Shown: positions 1 through 14,052, numbered from the stretch's first letter. The stretch is 64,000 nt of DNA from Octopus sinensis (GCF_006345805.1 NC_043009.1:52948001-53012000), one strand, 5' to 3'. Notes: generated from the sequence alone by a model not told the origin. Made by a program: numbers and translations.

Positions 1-26
1 TACAAATACTTATATATATATATATA

Positions 27-57
<31 letters not shown>

Positions 58-240
58 CTATATATATATATATATAACACAAATAGATATACATGCAGCT
101 AAATATATGCTAACATGTACTACTATACATATATATATATAGGGGTTGTAATATATATACGTACGTACATACATATATGTATGTACTATCCATAACTGTG
201 TAGGAACATGTATAAATATGCAATAATAATGTCCACCTAC

Positions 241-365
241 CTTTTAGCATTAGCTTCTGCTCCGAATAATTCATGGAAGGTAGAACTAAGAAGGTCTGCT
301 TGAAGGAATGTGTGTATTTGATTACGTGTTTGTGGTAAGATTTGAACAGCTGCCGCCATCTTCAT
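241..365 (-). CDS. Possible coding exon of an unidentified gene (MKMAAAVQILPQTRNQIHTFLQADLLSSTFHELFGAEANAK + phase-2 donor)
   Basis: 41 open codons from ATG at 365, ending at AAG|GTAGGT (240-235), in non-repetitive sequence. No homolog recognised. Confidence 0.35.
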
Positions 366-1024
366 TGAGCTGCTGCTGCTGCTATTACTATTACTACTAC
401 TACTATCACTACTACTACTACTATAACTAATAAACTAAGCCACCACCACCACCGCCGCCACTACTATTACTATTACTACTGCTGCTTCTGCTACTACTAC
501 TATAAATACTGCTACCACTCCACTACTGTCTTGGCTTGATGTTGCTACTACTACTACTACTACAAATACTGTTGCTGCTACTACTACTATGATTAGTAGT
601 ATTTGTTACTCGGTTGGTGCTTGCTAGTAGAATTGGTGTGTGTGAGTGTGTGTTGTAGTAGTAACATTATGGAGATCAGAGGGAAGGGGCCAGGGGAGAA
701 TACTGTTGTAGTTATATAGTGTATGTTGAATGATGACAATAGTGGTAGTATATAGCAGAAACGTGTGTATGTATATTGCATGCACGCATTTATACATGTC
801 TGTATATTTATTATTATTTATTATTATTAATCCTAGTTTTCTATTGTCTGTTCGGCCCTTGTGGCCAATAAAAAAATTATCATTATTATTATTATTATTA
901 TTAATCCTAGTTTTCTATTGTCTGTTCGGCCCTTGTGGCCAATAAAAAAATTATCATTATTATTATTTATATTAACCAATACTCTTATTTTGTTGCGTTA
1001 TCTATACACGTTCAGTAGCATGAT

Positions 1025-1027
1025 TGT

Positions 1028-1062
<35 letters not shown>

Positions 1063-1386
1063 TGTTTCTTTATTAGCCACACAGGGCTGCACATAGACAG
1101 GACAAATTACAAGATAGATAGATAGATAGATAGATATATAGGGCGTATGCATAGGTGTGTGTGTGTGTGTGTATTATTTGTGCATATATGAAAGAGGAGG
1201 CGAGGCAGCATCTTGTATTTAGACCGAGAGGGAGAGATAGACAGACACAGAGAGAGATATTTATAGGATGGTGAGAATAGGGTTAAAAATGGTGCTAGAC
1301 AAATAGATAGATGCAAGAGAGTGAGGGAGTGTACTACTACTGATCGATAATTAGAGAAGGGTAGAAAGACAGCTTGGTATATAAGG

Positions 1387-1455
<69 letters not shown>

Positions 1456-1604
1456 TAGATAGATAGACAGATAGATTTACGGTGAATGACCTCACTAGAT
1501 AAACTGTGGTGGGGTAGGTGAAAGCGAAAATAGATAGACACAAAGACGTATTAGAGGGAAAGGTGGAGGTGACAGATAGATCGAGAGATGGTGATGGATT
1601 ACGG

Positions 1605-1686
<82 letters not shown>

Positions 1687-1869
1687 GAACGCAGGAGGTA
1701 GATAAAAAGCTAGTTCTTTTATTATAGTACCATTCACATCTAGGATGCTTTATAACAATAATAAATCGAATGCAGCACTTGGCTAGTATTAAGATGCACT
1801 GAGTGGATATAGATAGATAGATAGATAAGTTTCTTTATTGGCCACAGAGGGCTGCACACAGATGGGACA

Positions 1870-1937
<68 letters not shown>

Positions 1938-1945
1938 GGAGAGAG
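1025..1945. repeat. (GATA)n microsatellite blocks
   Basis: Long tagatagata runs; source of the IYLSIYLS ORFs. Confidence 0.95.
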
Positions 1946-2260
1946 AGAGAGAGAGAGATTAGACAAAAAGGAATTATTCGTAGGGTGTAAGGTAAGCAAA
2001 CATAATCATGGTCATGGTGGTGGTGGTGGTGTGGTGGTTTATTCCTTTGACTACGAACAGCAGGGTTGCCAAACATTTCGTCTACGATTAAATGAATTGA
2101 AGAAAACATATCGTGCTAAAAACAGCAGCAGCAGTAGCAACAGTAGTAGTAGTAGTAGTAGTTCCACCACAGTGATTACTATCTTGTTATTGTGACTGTA
2201 TGATGAAGTGTATGATGATGATGAGGAGGAGGAGGAGATTATTATTATTATTACTATTAC

Positions 2261-2297
<37 letters not shown>

Positions 2298-2870
2298 TGT
2301 TTTTATTTCCTTCGGGTTGTGCTCGTTGACAAGCAGGAAAATGAAGTCATCCATCGTGAATGAAGGCTGCTGGGTAATAATAATATTTATGACGACGACG
2401 ACGACGACGATGTCGACGACAATGATGAAAATGACAACGACGACGATGATGATGATGGTGGTGGTGGTGGTGGTGGTGATGGTGGTAGAGGTGGTTACTT
2501 AGGCATCATTTTTTTTTTTTGTGAAATGACATGTAGTGATTGAGCCGACAGCCCCCCGCCCCCAGATGTTGAAGTAGCAATAATTATTATGAGCGTTGGG
2601 AGAGCAAATGCTGCTCTACGGCATTTGTTCCAGCTCAAATTTGTTCCAGTCTGAGTTCAAATCCTGCCAAGGTCGACTTTGCCTTTCATCCTTTCTGGGT
2701 CGATAAAAATAAGGACCAGTCAAGCGCTGAAGTCGATGCAATCGACTTCTCTCTCCATCTTTAAAAAACTGTTGGGCCTGCGCCAAAATTTGTAATCATT
2801 TTTACCATTTCTTTTATTTTGCTAGGAGGGCGACAGTCGAGATAAAATTACAATGAGATTTGTAAAACGA

Positions 2871-3108
2871 TCGGTTGTCAAGCAATGCTAGGGGTACAAA
2901 CACAGACACACAAACACATACACATACATACATATACATATATACGACAGGCTTCTTTCAGTTTCCGTCTACCAAATCCACTCACAAGGCTTTGGTCGGC
3001 CCGGGGCTGTAGCAGAAGACACTTGCCCAAGATGCCACGCAGTGGGACTGAACCTGGAACCATGTGGTTGGTTAGCAAGCTACTTACCACACAGCCACTC
3101 CTGCGCCT
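2871..3108 (-). mobile_element. tRNA-derived SINE family A, 5' portion
   Basis: Reverse complement of GGCGCAGGAGTGGCTGTGTGGTAAGTAGC...CTTGGGCAAGTGTCTT, shared with more than 10 copies in the window. Confidence 0.9.
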
Positions 3109-3119
3109 ATATATATATA

Positions 3120-4685
3120 CTCTTCTTTTACTCTTTTACGTGTTTCAGTCATTTGACTGTGGCCATGCTGGAGCACCACCTTTAGTCGAGCAAATCGACC
3201 CCAGGACTTACTCTTTGCCGAACTACTAAGTTACGGGGACGTAAACACACCAGCATCGGTTGTCAAGCGATGTTGGGGAGAGGAACAAACACAGACACAC
3301 ATATATTTGATAAAGTCGATAAAGCCTTTGATAAAGTCGACCATGGTATGATCTGTTACAAACTGCGTGATCTCGGCATAGGCGGAAAACTTGGAGAGTG
3401 GCTGCACAACTTCCTAAAAGATAGAAGGCAGGGAGTGGTGGCCAATGGAGCCACCTCCAAGGAAACATAAATAACAAATGGTGTTCCACAGGGCACTGTC
3501 TTGGGGCCACTGCTGTTCATAGTGGCCGTTTCAGACATGCCCTCAGTTGCTAAGATGGCCACCCTTGCTAGCTATGCAGATGACACAAAGGTCTCTCAGA
3601 CAATACGAAACCCTGGAAATATTGCACATCTGCAACGGGAGTTGGATACAATATACAGGTGGGCTGAGGACAGGCCCTGCACTACCGGCACACAAAGGTG
3701 AACGACATGCAGACCGGATACACTGGCCCGGGAAGAATTGCAATTCTTGAATCAAAATCAGTGCGTGACTTGGGCATTGACATGAACAATGATGCATCTT
3801 TCCAAGTGCATATTGCTAATTTGGTAATAAAATGTAGACGGCTAGCAGGATGGATCCTCCGAACTTTCAGAACAAGAGAGAAGGAGACACTGATGGTCCT
3901 TCGGAAGACATTCGTCCTCAGCCGCTTGGACTACTGCTCCCAACTATGGTCACCACACAATATAAAGTTAACAGCAGAACTCGAAGCAATCCAGCGAAGC
4001 TACACTAAGAATATCGTCTCAATGCAACATATCAGCTACTGGGAAAGACTGAATGTATTAAAACTCTTCTCCCTGGAGCGAAGACAGGAAAGATATGCAG
4101 TGATATACATCTGGAAAATCCTGGAGAGTCTTGTTCCGAATTTTGGCATTGAAAGTTACCCCCAACAGCAGAACGGGGCGTCACTGCATGGTGCCAAATA
4201 TCCCAACATCACCATCAAAATACAGGACCAGATACTGCAACAGCTTGAGTTTCAAGGGACCATAGTTCTTCAATATCCTTCCTAAATGCCTGAGAGACCT
4301 GCATGGTGTGAATGTGGGTTTCTTTAAAACTAAACTGGATCTCTTCTTGTCAAGGGTTCCAGATGAACCTACCTCTCGGCAGGAAATACAGATGCGGGCA
4401 GCGGCGTCGAACTCCCTTGCTAACCAAGTGCCACGTATCAGAAGTCCATTCAACGGTGGTGCCCCAGCATGACCGCAGCTTTCGGGCTGAAACATTTTTA
4501 AGGATTTAAGGATATATATATATATATACATATATACCACGGGCTTCTTTCAGTTTCCGACAACCAAATCCACTCACAAGGGTTTGTTCAGCCCGAGGCT
4601 ATAGTAGAAGACGCTTGCCCAAGGTGCCACGCAGTGGGACTGAACCCGGAACCATGTGGTTCGTAAGCAAGCTACTTACCACACG
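3120..4685 (-). mobile_element. SINE family A copy split by a LINE insertion (3' half 3120-3300, 5' half 4525-4685)
   Basis: The two halves are collinear with intact copies and are interrupted at the internal microsatellite. Confidence 0.8.
3308..4505 (+). pseudogene. 5'-truncated CR1/L2-group LINE reverse transcriptase remnant
   Basis: FDKVDHG, NGVPQGTVLGPLLF, YADDTK, RDLG, LSRLDYCSQLWSP and LFSLERR motifs across frameshifted ORFs. Confidence 0.92.
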
Positions 4686-4691
4686 TGCGCG

Positions 4692-4722
<31 letters not shown>

Positions 4723-5827
4723 TTGTGCATAACTCGAATACAGCCGAGGTTAGCAATTTTGGGAAGTTGCTCAAAATCTCCAGCTTGAAAGTCCTTCGGG
4801 ATACACTTCTTCGTTAGTCTTCGTCGACGCCCATAATATCCCGAAACAAAATCTGTTTTGCCCCCGACACAACTCTTAATACAAAGTAATGGTTGATGCA
4901 CCACTAGCCATGTTGCCCGACTGATTCCAAACTGACCCCGGGCTACATGCATTGACACATCCTATACTGAGGAAAGCCATGGTCGACAGAAGGAAGAAAA
5001 TTTCAAGGATATCGTACTTCACATTAATGTTGAGGATGGACAACAGATGCCCAGTCCCTCCAGTTAGATGTGGATGTTTCTGTAAGCAGCTCCTTATAAA
5101 GTCATTTGTATATTCCCTTCTGAAATCTACTGCTCTTTCGGCATATTTGTTTTGTTGGGGTTTTTTTGCTTTTTTTTTCATGGTGTTGTTTAGATGATTT
5201 TTATGTGTTGGCATGTTATTTGTTGGTGCAATGAAATCGCTCTGAATAATGTCTGTGCGTGGCTAATGTGTTTCATTTTTTTGATGATGATGATGACGAC
5301 GACAACGATGACGATGACGGCGACGACGATGACGATTACGATGATAACAACGATGTCGACGAGGAAGATGCTCGAAAGAGGTGGTTGGTAATGCATAGGA
5401 TGATACTGTTAGTGTTTCTCCAGTTCGACTCTGACTGAACAAGCGAACCTATGATCAAAGGTTTTCCAGCCATAAACAAACTGTTTATTTTATTATTCTA
5501 GACTACACAAACCACTTCTGAGACAGTATGACCTTATTCATGCAAAGCTGCTTGAATGATCCGATGTAGTCTGTTCATGTCTACATTGGCACATTCAAGA
5601 AATTCATTCTGTAATTGTTAGACAGTGAGAAACGTCTGAGCAAGTTTTCAAGACTTTTGCGTTCCCTTCTAATAAGCTATTCCCACATGATCCGAACATG
5701 TATCCAAATTACCATTCTAACCCTCCTGCTAGCACTAAGAAGTGTGGCGTTCCTAGGAAACACTCCAAGTCGCCCGGCCTCTGTTGGTCCTGTGAACAGC
5801 TATGCATTGGCAGGTATGGCCTTCGCA

Positions 5828-6045
5828 AAGGCGACGAGCTGGCAGAAACGTTAGCACGCCGGGTGAAATGCGTAGCCGTATTTCGTCTGCCGTTACGTTC
5901 TGAGTTCAAATTCCACCGAGGTCCATTTTGCCTTTCATCCTTTCGGGGTCGATTAAATAAGTACCAGTTGCGCACTGGGGTCGATATAATCGACTTAATC
6001 CGTTTGTCCCCTCTGTGTTTAGCCCCTTGTGGGTAGTAAAGAAAT
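5828..6045 (+). mobile_element. tRNA-derived SINE family B with 16-bp TSD
   Basis: A-box TGGCAGAAACGTTAG, B-box GAGTTCAAATTCC, CCTTTCATCCTTTCGGGGTCGAT core; AGGTATGGCCTTCGCA at 5812-5827 and 6046-6061. Confidence 0.92.
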
Positions 6046-6907
6046 AGGTATGGCCTTCGCAGCTGATCACATTCAGCTCATCTTTTGGATTCAAGTCAAT
6101 GATCCGGCAATGACACCCCGGTAGAATCGTTAGAACGTCGTACAAAATCCCCAGCGGCATTTCTTCCAGCTCTTTATGATCTGAATTTAAATCCCGCCAT
6201 GTTCAACTTCATCTTTTATCCACTTTGGGTTCAAGTACTAACGTCTATATAATCGACTCGTGTCCTCCGTTCAAAATTGCTAGCAACGAACCAGCATCGT
6301 GTTCAGGAGAGTGTTGTGATTTTGTCATGGGACCTAAGGCCCAAGAAAAAAAAAAATACAAACCGGGTTTGGTCACTTAATTAGAGTTATTACCTGAGCC
6401 ATCATCTTTCACCTTCCCTGACTTGTTTTACCGTTGTGAGACTAGGAGAGTGTTCGAGGCCCTAAGGAGCCACCTGAGTTCTTTTGGTACCGAGATCCTT
6501 CGTAGGTTTATGGGCTACCACATTGGTCAGGTTTCGTATCCAACCAACGACTATACTTATAAACTGGGCACAACTTTACCATAATACTCATTTTTGCTAG
6601 CTGAGTGGACTAGAGCAACGTGAACTAAAGTGTTTTGCTCAAGAACACAAGACATCCCCTGGCCTAGAAATTGAAATCACAATCTTACGATCATGTGTGT
6701 AGCAACTTAACCGTTAGGCCATACACTTCAGCAGCTTCCTTATGCTGCAGCTGAATTGACCGTCTCTGGCTACGTGAGACTTTAGCACAAAAACGTTTCG
6801 GTGCCGCCTATTTGGCATCACTAATTCGGCACCGACTTATTGGACAACGGACGTTCTAACGTTCTTTGTCTCTGTCTGTTTGCCTGTCCCCACCTCCTTT
6901 CTATCTG

Positions 6908-6970
<63 letters not shown>

Positions 6971-7877
6971 GAGAGCATCTAGTTATGTTGGTATATATGT
7001 GTAATGTCTCCCTCAACCTTCATCACTCCCTTCCTGTCTGTCTGTCTGTCTACCTGTGTTTATGTATGTGAGCATCTAGTCATAATGGTACGTATATGTA
7101 ATTTCTTTCTGTCTCTCTCTCACTTTCCCCCTCTCTCTCTCTTTCTATCTCTCCCTCTCCTTCTCTTTCTTTCTCTCAATGTTTATATGTATGCGTAATG
7201 ATACTCTCTCTTTCTGTCACACTTTAACAGTAAGTATATATTTTTGCGCGTGTGCGTACTTGGATATTCGTGTGTATATGCGAGTGTGTGTGTGTGTGTG
7301 TAATGTGTGCGTGCATGAGTGTGTGTGTGTGTGTACGTGTATGTTCGCGTGTGTATGTGTGTATGTATGTATGTGTGCGTGCTTGGGGTTGTGTGCGCGG
7401 AGTTATATATGTGTAGTGGATTTTGCAAGCGTGAAGTGGATTCGATCCACCATAGCCAAATTTTAAATTAACACTGCAGCAGAACTTTTCCCACAATGGA
7501 ACAATGGCTTTTCTCTGACAGCAGTTTTACATTTCCCAGATGCCTTTAGCTAGGCCGGAATAATGTCTTCACCACTTGAACCTTTCTAACCTCTTCTACT
7601 TCACCAAAAGCTAGAATAGGGATAACAAGACCACCAACTAAATCTATTGTTCTCAATGACATATCCATCCTTCTTGATCTTTATATAAGCAAGTACACCC
7701 CAAGCAAAAATCAGTTAGTCACAGTCGGTGATGACTCAACGAGGGAGGTCTGGCTGACCAACCTTGGTCAGAGGGAGAAATGAAGTTTACTGTCAGCAAC
7801 TGTGAGACAACGTCCCACACTCTACAATTCTCACTAGCTCTAATTCTGTTCTCTTACAGCATTCTATTTCTCTCAGT

Positions 7878-8107
7878 GGATCTTTTCATTTTGAAGGCCA
7901 GATTTTCCTAGTTAACTAAAAAATTTGAAACTTCGTATACTGGTAGAATGTGTCAAAAGAAAACATTACTGTAAACAAAATTGAAAACAAAATTGTAATT
8001 CGTAACTTAAACGTAGTTTAATTTTACGAATTTTAACCAATGAAATCGCAGCATTCGAGCTCAAATTATTTACTGCGTCTAAAAACTCACACGCACACGT
8101 CTTATTC
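7878..8107 (+). mobile_element. Left-end fragment of the GGATCTTTTC-TIR (Merlin-like) non-autonomous family
   Basis: Starts GGATCTTTTC; close reverse complement of 16237-16468. Confidence 0.7.
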
Positions 8108-8387
8108 AGTAAGTACTACTACTAAACAATGAAGAGGGCACAAACACAAACTTTACTTCGCATGCTTTTGGATTTATCATAACCTGCTCGTCAAGGCAAG
8201 GTATTTGTAACGTAACGGTAAATAAATACTTTCTTAAAACTTCATGCATTGTTCATCTTTCACATCCTACAGTATGCAATAATAACAACAAAAATATTTA
8301 TCGTCACAACTGCTGACTCCAATACTCCATCATAATTATTGAGTACCTAATCAATCTTACCCGTTACAAATGATAACTACACTAATA

Positions 8388-8760
8388 GGCGCAGGAGTGG
8401 CTGTGTGGTAAGTAGCTTGTTTACCAACCACATGGTTCCGGGTTGAGCAAGTGTCTTCTACTATAGCAAGTGTCATCTACTATAGCCTCGGGCCGACCAA
8501 AGCCTTGTGAGTGGATTTGGTAGACGGAAACTGAAAGAAGCCCGTCGTATATATATATGCGTGTGTGTGTTTGTCCCCCTAGCATTGCTTGAGAACCGAT
8601 GCTGCTGTGTTTATGTCCCCGTTACTTAGCGGTTCGGCAAAAGAGACCGATAGAATAAGTACTGGGCTTACAAAAGAATAAGTCCCGGGGTCGAGTTGCT
8701 CGATTAAAGGCGGTGCTCCAGCATGGCCGCAGTCAAATGACTGTAAAAGAGTAATAAAGA
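8388..8760 (+). mobile_element. SINE family A
   Basis: Head-to-tail match to the other copies, with a small internal deletion/duplication. Confidence 0.9.
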
Positions 8761-9172
8761 TTACCCGTTACATATGCTTTCCTGTGTGTGTGTGTGTGCG
8801 TGTGTGTATGTGTGTGTGTGCGTTTGCGTGCATGTGTGTATGCCCATGTATGTGTAATTGTGTGCATGTATGTATGAGTGTGTGTTATGTGTGTGTGGGA
8901 GGTGTTTGTTGTTCATTGTGTGTACGTGTGTGTATGTATGTGCGTGTGTATATGTGCGTGTACGTGTGTGTATGTGCGTGTGTATGTGTGTGTGTTCGTG
9001 GGGTTGTGTGTGTGGTTGCGTGTGTATATGAGTTTGTGTGCGTGTGTGTGCGCGTGTGTATATGTGTGTGCATGTGTATGTGTGTGCGTGCGGTTTTATA
9101 TGTGGAGGTATATGTGCGCTTTTGTGCGTGTGTGTGTGTGTGCGCATATATATGTGTGTATGTGTGTATTAT

Positions 9173-9545
9173 AGGCGTAAGCGTGGCGGTATGGTAGGAA
9201 GTTTGCTTTCCAATCACATGGTTCCGGGTTCAGTCCCACTGCGTGGCACCTTGAGTAAGGGTCATCTACTATAGCCTCGGGCCGACCAAAGATTGCGAGT
9301 GGACTTGGTAGACGGAAACTGAAAGAAGCCCATCGCATATATGTATATGTCTAAGTGTGTGTGTGTGTGTTTGTCTGTGTTTGTGTTTGTCATCCCGCTC
9401 ACCACTTGACAACCGGCGTTGGTGTGCTTACGTTCCCGTAACTTAGCGGTTCGGCCTACTGGGATTGATTTGTTCGACTAAAACCCCTCAAGGAGATGCT
9501 CCAGCATGGTCGCAGTCAAATGACTGAAACAAGTGAAAGATAAAA
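9173..9545 (+). mobile_element. SINE family A (diverged)
   Basis: Same head, core and ACTGAAACAAG tail. Confidence 0.85.
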
Positions 9546-9549
9546 GGTA

Positions 9550-9911
9550 TATGTACAATATGCATGCATGTATGTATGTATGTATGTATGTATGTATGTA
9601 TGTATTATGTATTATGTATGTATGTATTATGTATGTATGTATGTATTATGTATATATGTATGTATGTATTATGTATATATGTATGTATGTATTATGTATG
9701 TATTATGTATTATGTATGTATGTATGTATTATTATGTATGTATGTATGTATGTATGTATGTATGTATGTATTATGTATGTATGTATGTATGTATTATGTA
9801 TGTATGTATGTATGTATGTATGCATGTGTGCATGTATGTATGTATGTATGTATGTATATATGTACGTATGTATTATGTATGTATGTATTATGTATGTATG
9901 TATTATGTATG

Positions 9912-9945
<34 letters not shown>

Positions 9946-9985
9946 TGTATGTATGTATGTATGTATGTATGTATGTGTGTGTGCG
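9550..9985. repeat. (TATG)n microsatellite
   Basis: Direct inspection; source of the MYVC ORFs. Confidence 0.97.
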
Positions 9986-10332
9986 TGTGCGTGTGTACGT
10001 GAGTGTAAAGTGGTCGTCTTATGCAGTCTGCCCACACCGCATGATCCACGCTAAGCCACAGTTCATAATGCGTTGGTCATCTCCAGGTAGGAGAAGAAGA
10101 TGCTTGCCCAACACACCGCATCGTAAGAAAGAACGTAAGCAAAATTAAATGCCTTAAAAATAAAAAAAAAAGTATTTGCAATGCCGAAACTTCCCATAAG
10201 GATGTCTGCTCTCCATAAAATATTTCTCCAGCGGACAGTGACGACAGCGAAGACGATGATGATGATGCTGTTGTCGGTAGCGGTGCTGGTTGTACTGTTA
10301 ATAGATATGGCGGTAGAGGTGGTTTTGTGGGA

Positions 10333-10438
10333 TACATACATACATACTACATACATACATACATACATACATACATACATACATACATACATTTATACAT
10401 ACATACATACATACATACATACATAATACATATATACA

Positions 10439-10470
<32 letters not shown>

Positions 10471-10628
10471 CATATATACATACATACATACATACATTTA
10501 TACATATATACATACATAATACATATATACATACATACATACATACATACATACATACATAATACATACATACATACATAATACATATATATATACATAA
10601 TATATACATACATACATACATACATACA

Positions 10629-10660
<32 letters not shown>

Positions 10661-10813
10661 CATACATACATAATACATACATATATACATACATACATAC
10701 ATACATAATACACACATACATACATACATACATATATACATACATACATAATACATATATACATATATACATACATACATATATACATACATACATACAT
10801 ACATAATACATAT

Positions 10814-10844
<31 letters not shown>

Positions 10845-10978
10845 CATATACATACATACATACATACATAATACACACATACATACATATATACATACAT
10901 ACATAATGCATATATACATACATACATACATATATACATACATACATACATACATACATACATAATACATACATACAT
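10333..10978. repeat. (CATA)n microsatellite
   Basis: Direct inspection; inverted relative to 9550-9985. Confidence 0.97.
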
Positions 10979-11399
10979 GGTTGTGCTATTGTCGTAGTGC
11001 TGCTGGTAGTGGTATTGGTTTTAATGGTAGTTGTTGGGGCAGCATTTGTGGTGCTTGTGGTGGTGATGGTAGCGGGCAATGATTGAGATGTTACAGGCGT
11101 TGTTTGTTGTTGTTAAGCAACAAGAATGGGTAAGGGTGATTAGGTGATGGTCTAGGGCTTAGGGGGCGGGAAACCCCAGACCTTGGGAAAAAAAAAAAAC
11201 TTTGGTCGTCTTGTTGTAATCGAGGGCTCTTTGTTGACGCCCGACAGCACTGGGAGGTGGCCCTCGGAGTCGCTGGAAATGGAGATCTCCAGGTCCAAAT
11301 TCTTGAACGATGGCGTTGTTTGTGAAGCTGGTGGTTGTGGAGCTAAATTCCATGGTTTAAGATAGTTAGAAGGTAAAGGGAGACAACTAATGACTGAAA

Positions 11400-11670
11400 T
11401 GCAATTTTTAAAAATTTTGTCCGTCAAAAACTCTGACACCAAACAAGCACGATCTTTTAGAAATAGCAGCCATATCACCCTTAAATCTCTATCTACTATC
11501 TTGAAATTGGTTCAAGGACCGTTGCATGACGTTTGTAAAGGGTCCATGTCTCACGTGAATAAAGGAGCGATGTCAGTACACATGCACGGTACACAGCAAT
11601 TCTTGTTTGCTTTATGATGCCTTGCTGAGACCAGACACAAGACTGAAGAGACCAGAAGGAATCAGTTGCT
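11400..11670 (-). pseudogene. RTE-clade LINE RT C-terminal remnant
   Basis: VWSQQGIIKQTRIAVYRACVLTSLLYSRETWTLYKRH matches the RTE/BovB post-RT region. Confidence 0.8.
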
Positions 11671-11796
11671 CTAAGCACCCATAGAATAAGTACTAGGTTT
11701 AGAAAGTAATACGTCCTGGGGTCGATTTGTTCGACTAAATTCTATATTCCTGGATATCGTTTAAAAAAAAACATGTTTGTTTTGACTGAACGCCTT

Positions 11797-12030
11797 CGGC
11801 GGCGAGCTGGCAGAATCGTTAGCACGCCGGGCGAAATGCTTAGCTGTATTTCGTCTGCCGCGACGTTATGAGTTCAAATTCCGCCGAGGTCGACTTTGCC
11901 TTTCATCCTTTCGAGGTCGATAAATAAAGTAGAAGTTTCGCACTGGGGTCGATGTAATCGACTTAATCCCTTTGTCTATCCTTGTTTGTCCCTTCTATGT
12001 TTAGCCCCTTGTGGGCAATAAAGAAATATA
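11797..12030 (+). mobile_element. SINE family B
   Basis: GGCGGCGAGCTGGCAGAATCGTTAG ... GGGCAATAAAGAAATA. Confidence 0.92.
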
Positions 12031-12499
12031 CCGTTGTTGCCTCTTCCATAATTGTTGTTATTATCGTTATGGCCATCGCCGTTACACTCTAAATTAATGC
12101 TATTCGAGTAAAAATAACTACAATCAAATATTTTGCAGGCATGATCATATTTGGTTTCTTTGTTGGTTGATTTATTTCCTTAAAATTTGAGACTGACTTA
12201 ACTGCTATTTCTTACAGCTTGAGCTATCACGTAGAAGCCGTTGTTGTTGGTCAGCCTTAGGTCAACATTAATCTAGCTGACGTATAGCGGAAGGTATGAC
12301 AGGCTTGAGTATCCTGTTCTTTTATCAATGTGTTGGTCAACATGCCCATTTCTTATTTAAGATCTAGCCAGAGACAGACTGACCGCTGTTCCTCGAAGAA
12401 AGAGCTATCGTAGGAGGAGGCTATTTTGATGGCTGGACAGAAGTTACTTGATGTTGTTATTGCTGTTTTTACTTTTGAGACAGACCTATACAATTGAAT

Positions 12500-12999
12500 C
12501 TTGTCTATACAATAATGGAGATGCATCTATACAAATTTATGGCACAAATGGTTTTAAACAGCGTTGTGTCTCAGCGTCTACTATTTTTTAGCAATCTGTT
12601 TTCTGCCATATTACAAGTGGCTTTCATAACACCTTCACCTTGAATTGACATCATCAACGCAGTTTGCAAGCAAAAGCTTACGCATCTTAAGTGTCTGCGA
12701 AAGGTTGTCTGCATATGATGAAGAATTGCATGCGCTAGATGTGTTCGGGATGCAAGGATGTATCAATCGATTTTCAAAGGCCTGCAGTAACGTTGGCCTA
12801 ATTATCAGCACTGGAAAAAACCCAGAAGTACATCAACCTGTGTGCCTTGGAACAAAAAATAACTGTGAGTGAACTGAGAGGCGTTGACAATTTTTGAATG
12901 TCTTGGAAGTACGCTGTCTTCAAATACTTGCATCACGTAATGGCAGGGTTTCGAGTGTAGCTTTTAGAAAACTGCGGCATAGAGTGTGGTACAGTTCAG
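12500..12999 (+). pseudogene. Decayed RTE-clade RT fragment, interrupted by a MITE
   Basis: TNGFKQRCV, FSKACSNVGLIIS, LGSTLSSN and AFRKLRHRVW motifs. Confidence 0.75.
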
Positions 13000-14052
13000 G
13001 GATCTTTTCGGTTTGAAGGGCAGTTTTTTCTAGCGGTGTCATATGAAATTGTCACCCATAATTATGACCCTAGTATCGATCTATTGCATTTCAATCTGTT
13101 TTAGGGTTAGGGGTGGGGGGAAGGGTATCTTTTTTTCTTCAGAAATATAAATAAACCCAATCTGTTTCTTAAACGAGGGACATATTCATACGGCACAGAA
13201 TGTTTTCATCTCAATAGACGTCATCGATTGGTTGAAATTGCAGAAATTGAAGAAAAAAAACAACAACAAATATCTTACAAACTATAGAATTTTCTCAATA
13301 TAGCCAAGAGAAAAAGATGTTTGGCATAGTTTCGGTTGTAGTAGCACAGATTTCCGTCGATTTCCGTAAAAAAACTTTTATTTTTTTACATAAGTAATGA
13401 GAGCGAAAGAGACTAAGAGGAAGCGATTTTACGACGAGAAGGTTTCTCTTTGAAGTCGGCCTGTGTGTGTTTGATGGGGTGTGGGAGACAGACAGTATGT
13501 TGTGTAAGTGAAGTGCTTCTGTTAGTGTGTGCGAAGAGACAGACATACATATACACATACACCGAGTAAAAAATTACACTGAATCGACCATACATACATA
13601 CACACATACATACATACACACACACACATACATAGATACATACACACACACACATACATGCAGAAATACATATACACATACACCGAGTAAAAAATTACGA
13701 TGAATCGGCCATACATACATACACACACATACTTACATACACACACATACTTACACACACACACATACATAGATACATACACACACACACACATACATAC
13801 ATATACACATACACCGAGTAAAAAATCAGTTATCTCTCTCTTTCACACATTACTCTCTCTGTCTCTTCGCACACACTAACAGAAGCACTTCACTTACACA
13901 ACATACTGGGACGAAACTTCGCCAGATGAGCTACGACATGCGAAACTTCGCCAGATGTTTTATAAACACATTCTACCAGTATACGAAGTTTAAAAGTGTT
14001 TAGTTACGTGGAAATTATTAAAAAAAAACTGCCGTTCAAACCGAAAAGATCC
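13000..14052. mobile_element. Non-autonomous DNA transposon with ~30-bp TIR (GGATCTTTTCGGTTTGAA...) and 8-bp TSD; Merlin-like
   Basis: TIRs at both ends; CAGTTCAG at 12992-12999 and 14053-14060. GG termini plus an 8-bp TSD fit Merlin/IS1016. Confidence 0.8.

Noticed and set aside
11400-13000. Two RTE fragments as one twin-primed (5'-inverted) insertion
   Set aside because: The geometry fits, but their overlapping ~15 codons differ strongly in sequence, so they are separate copies.
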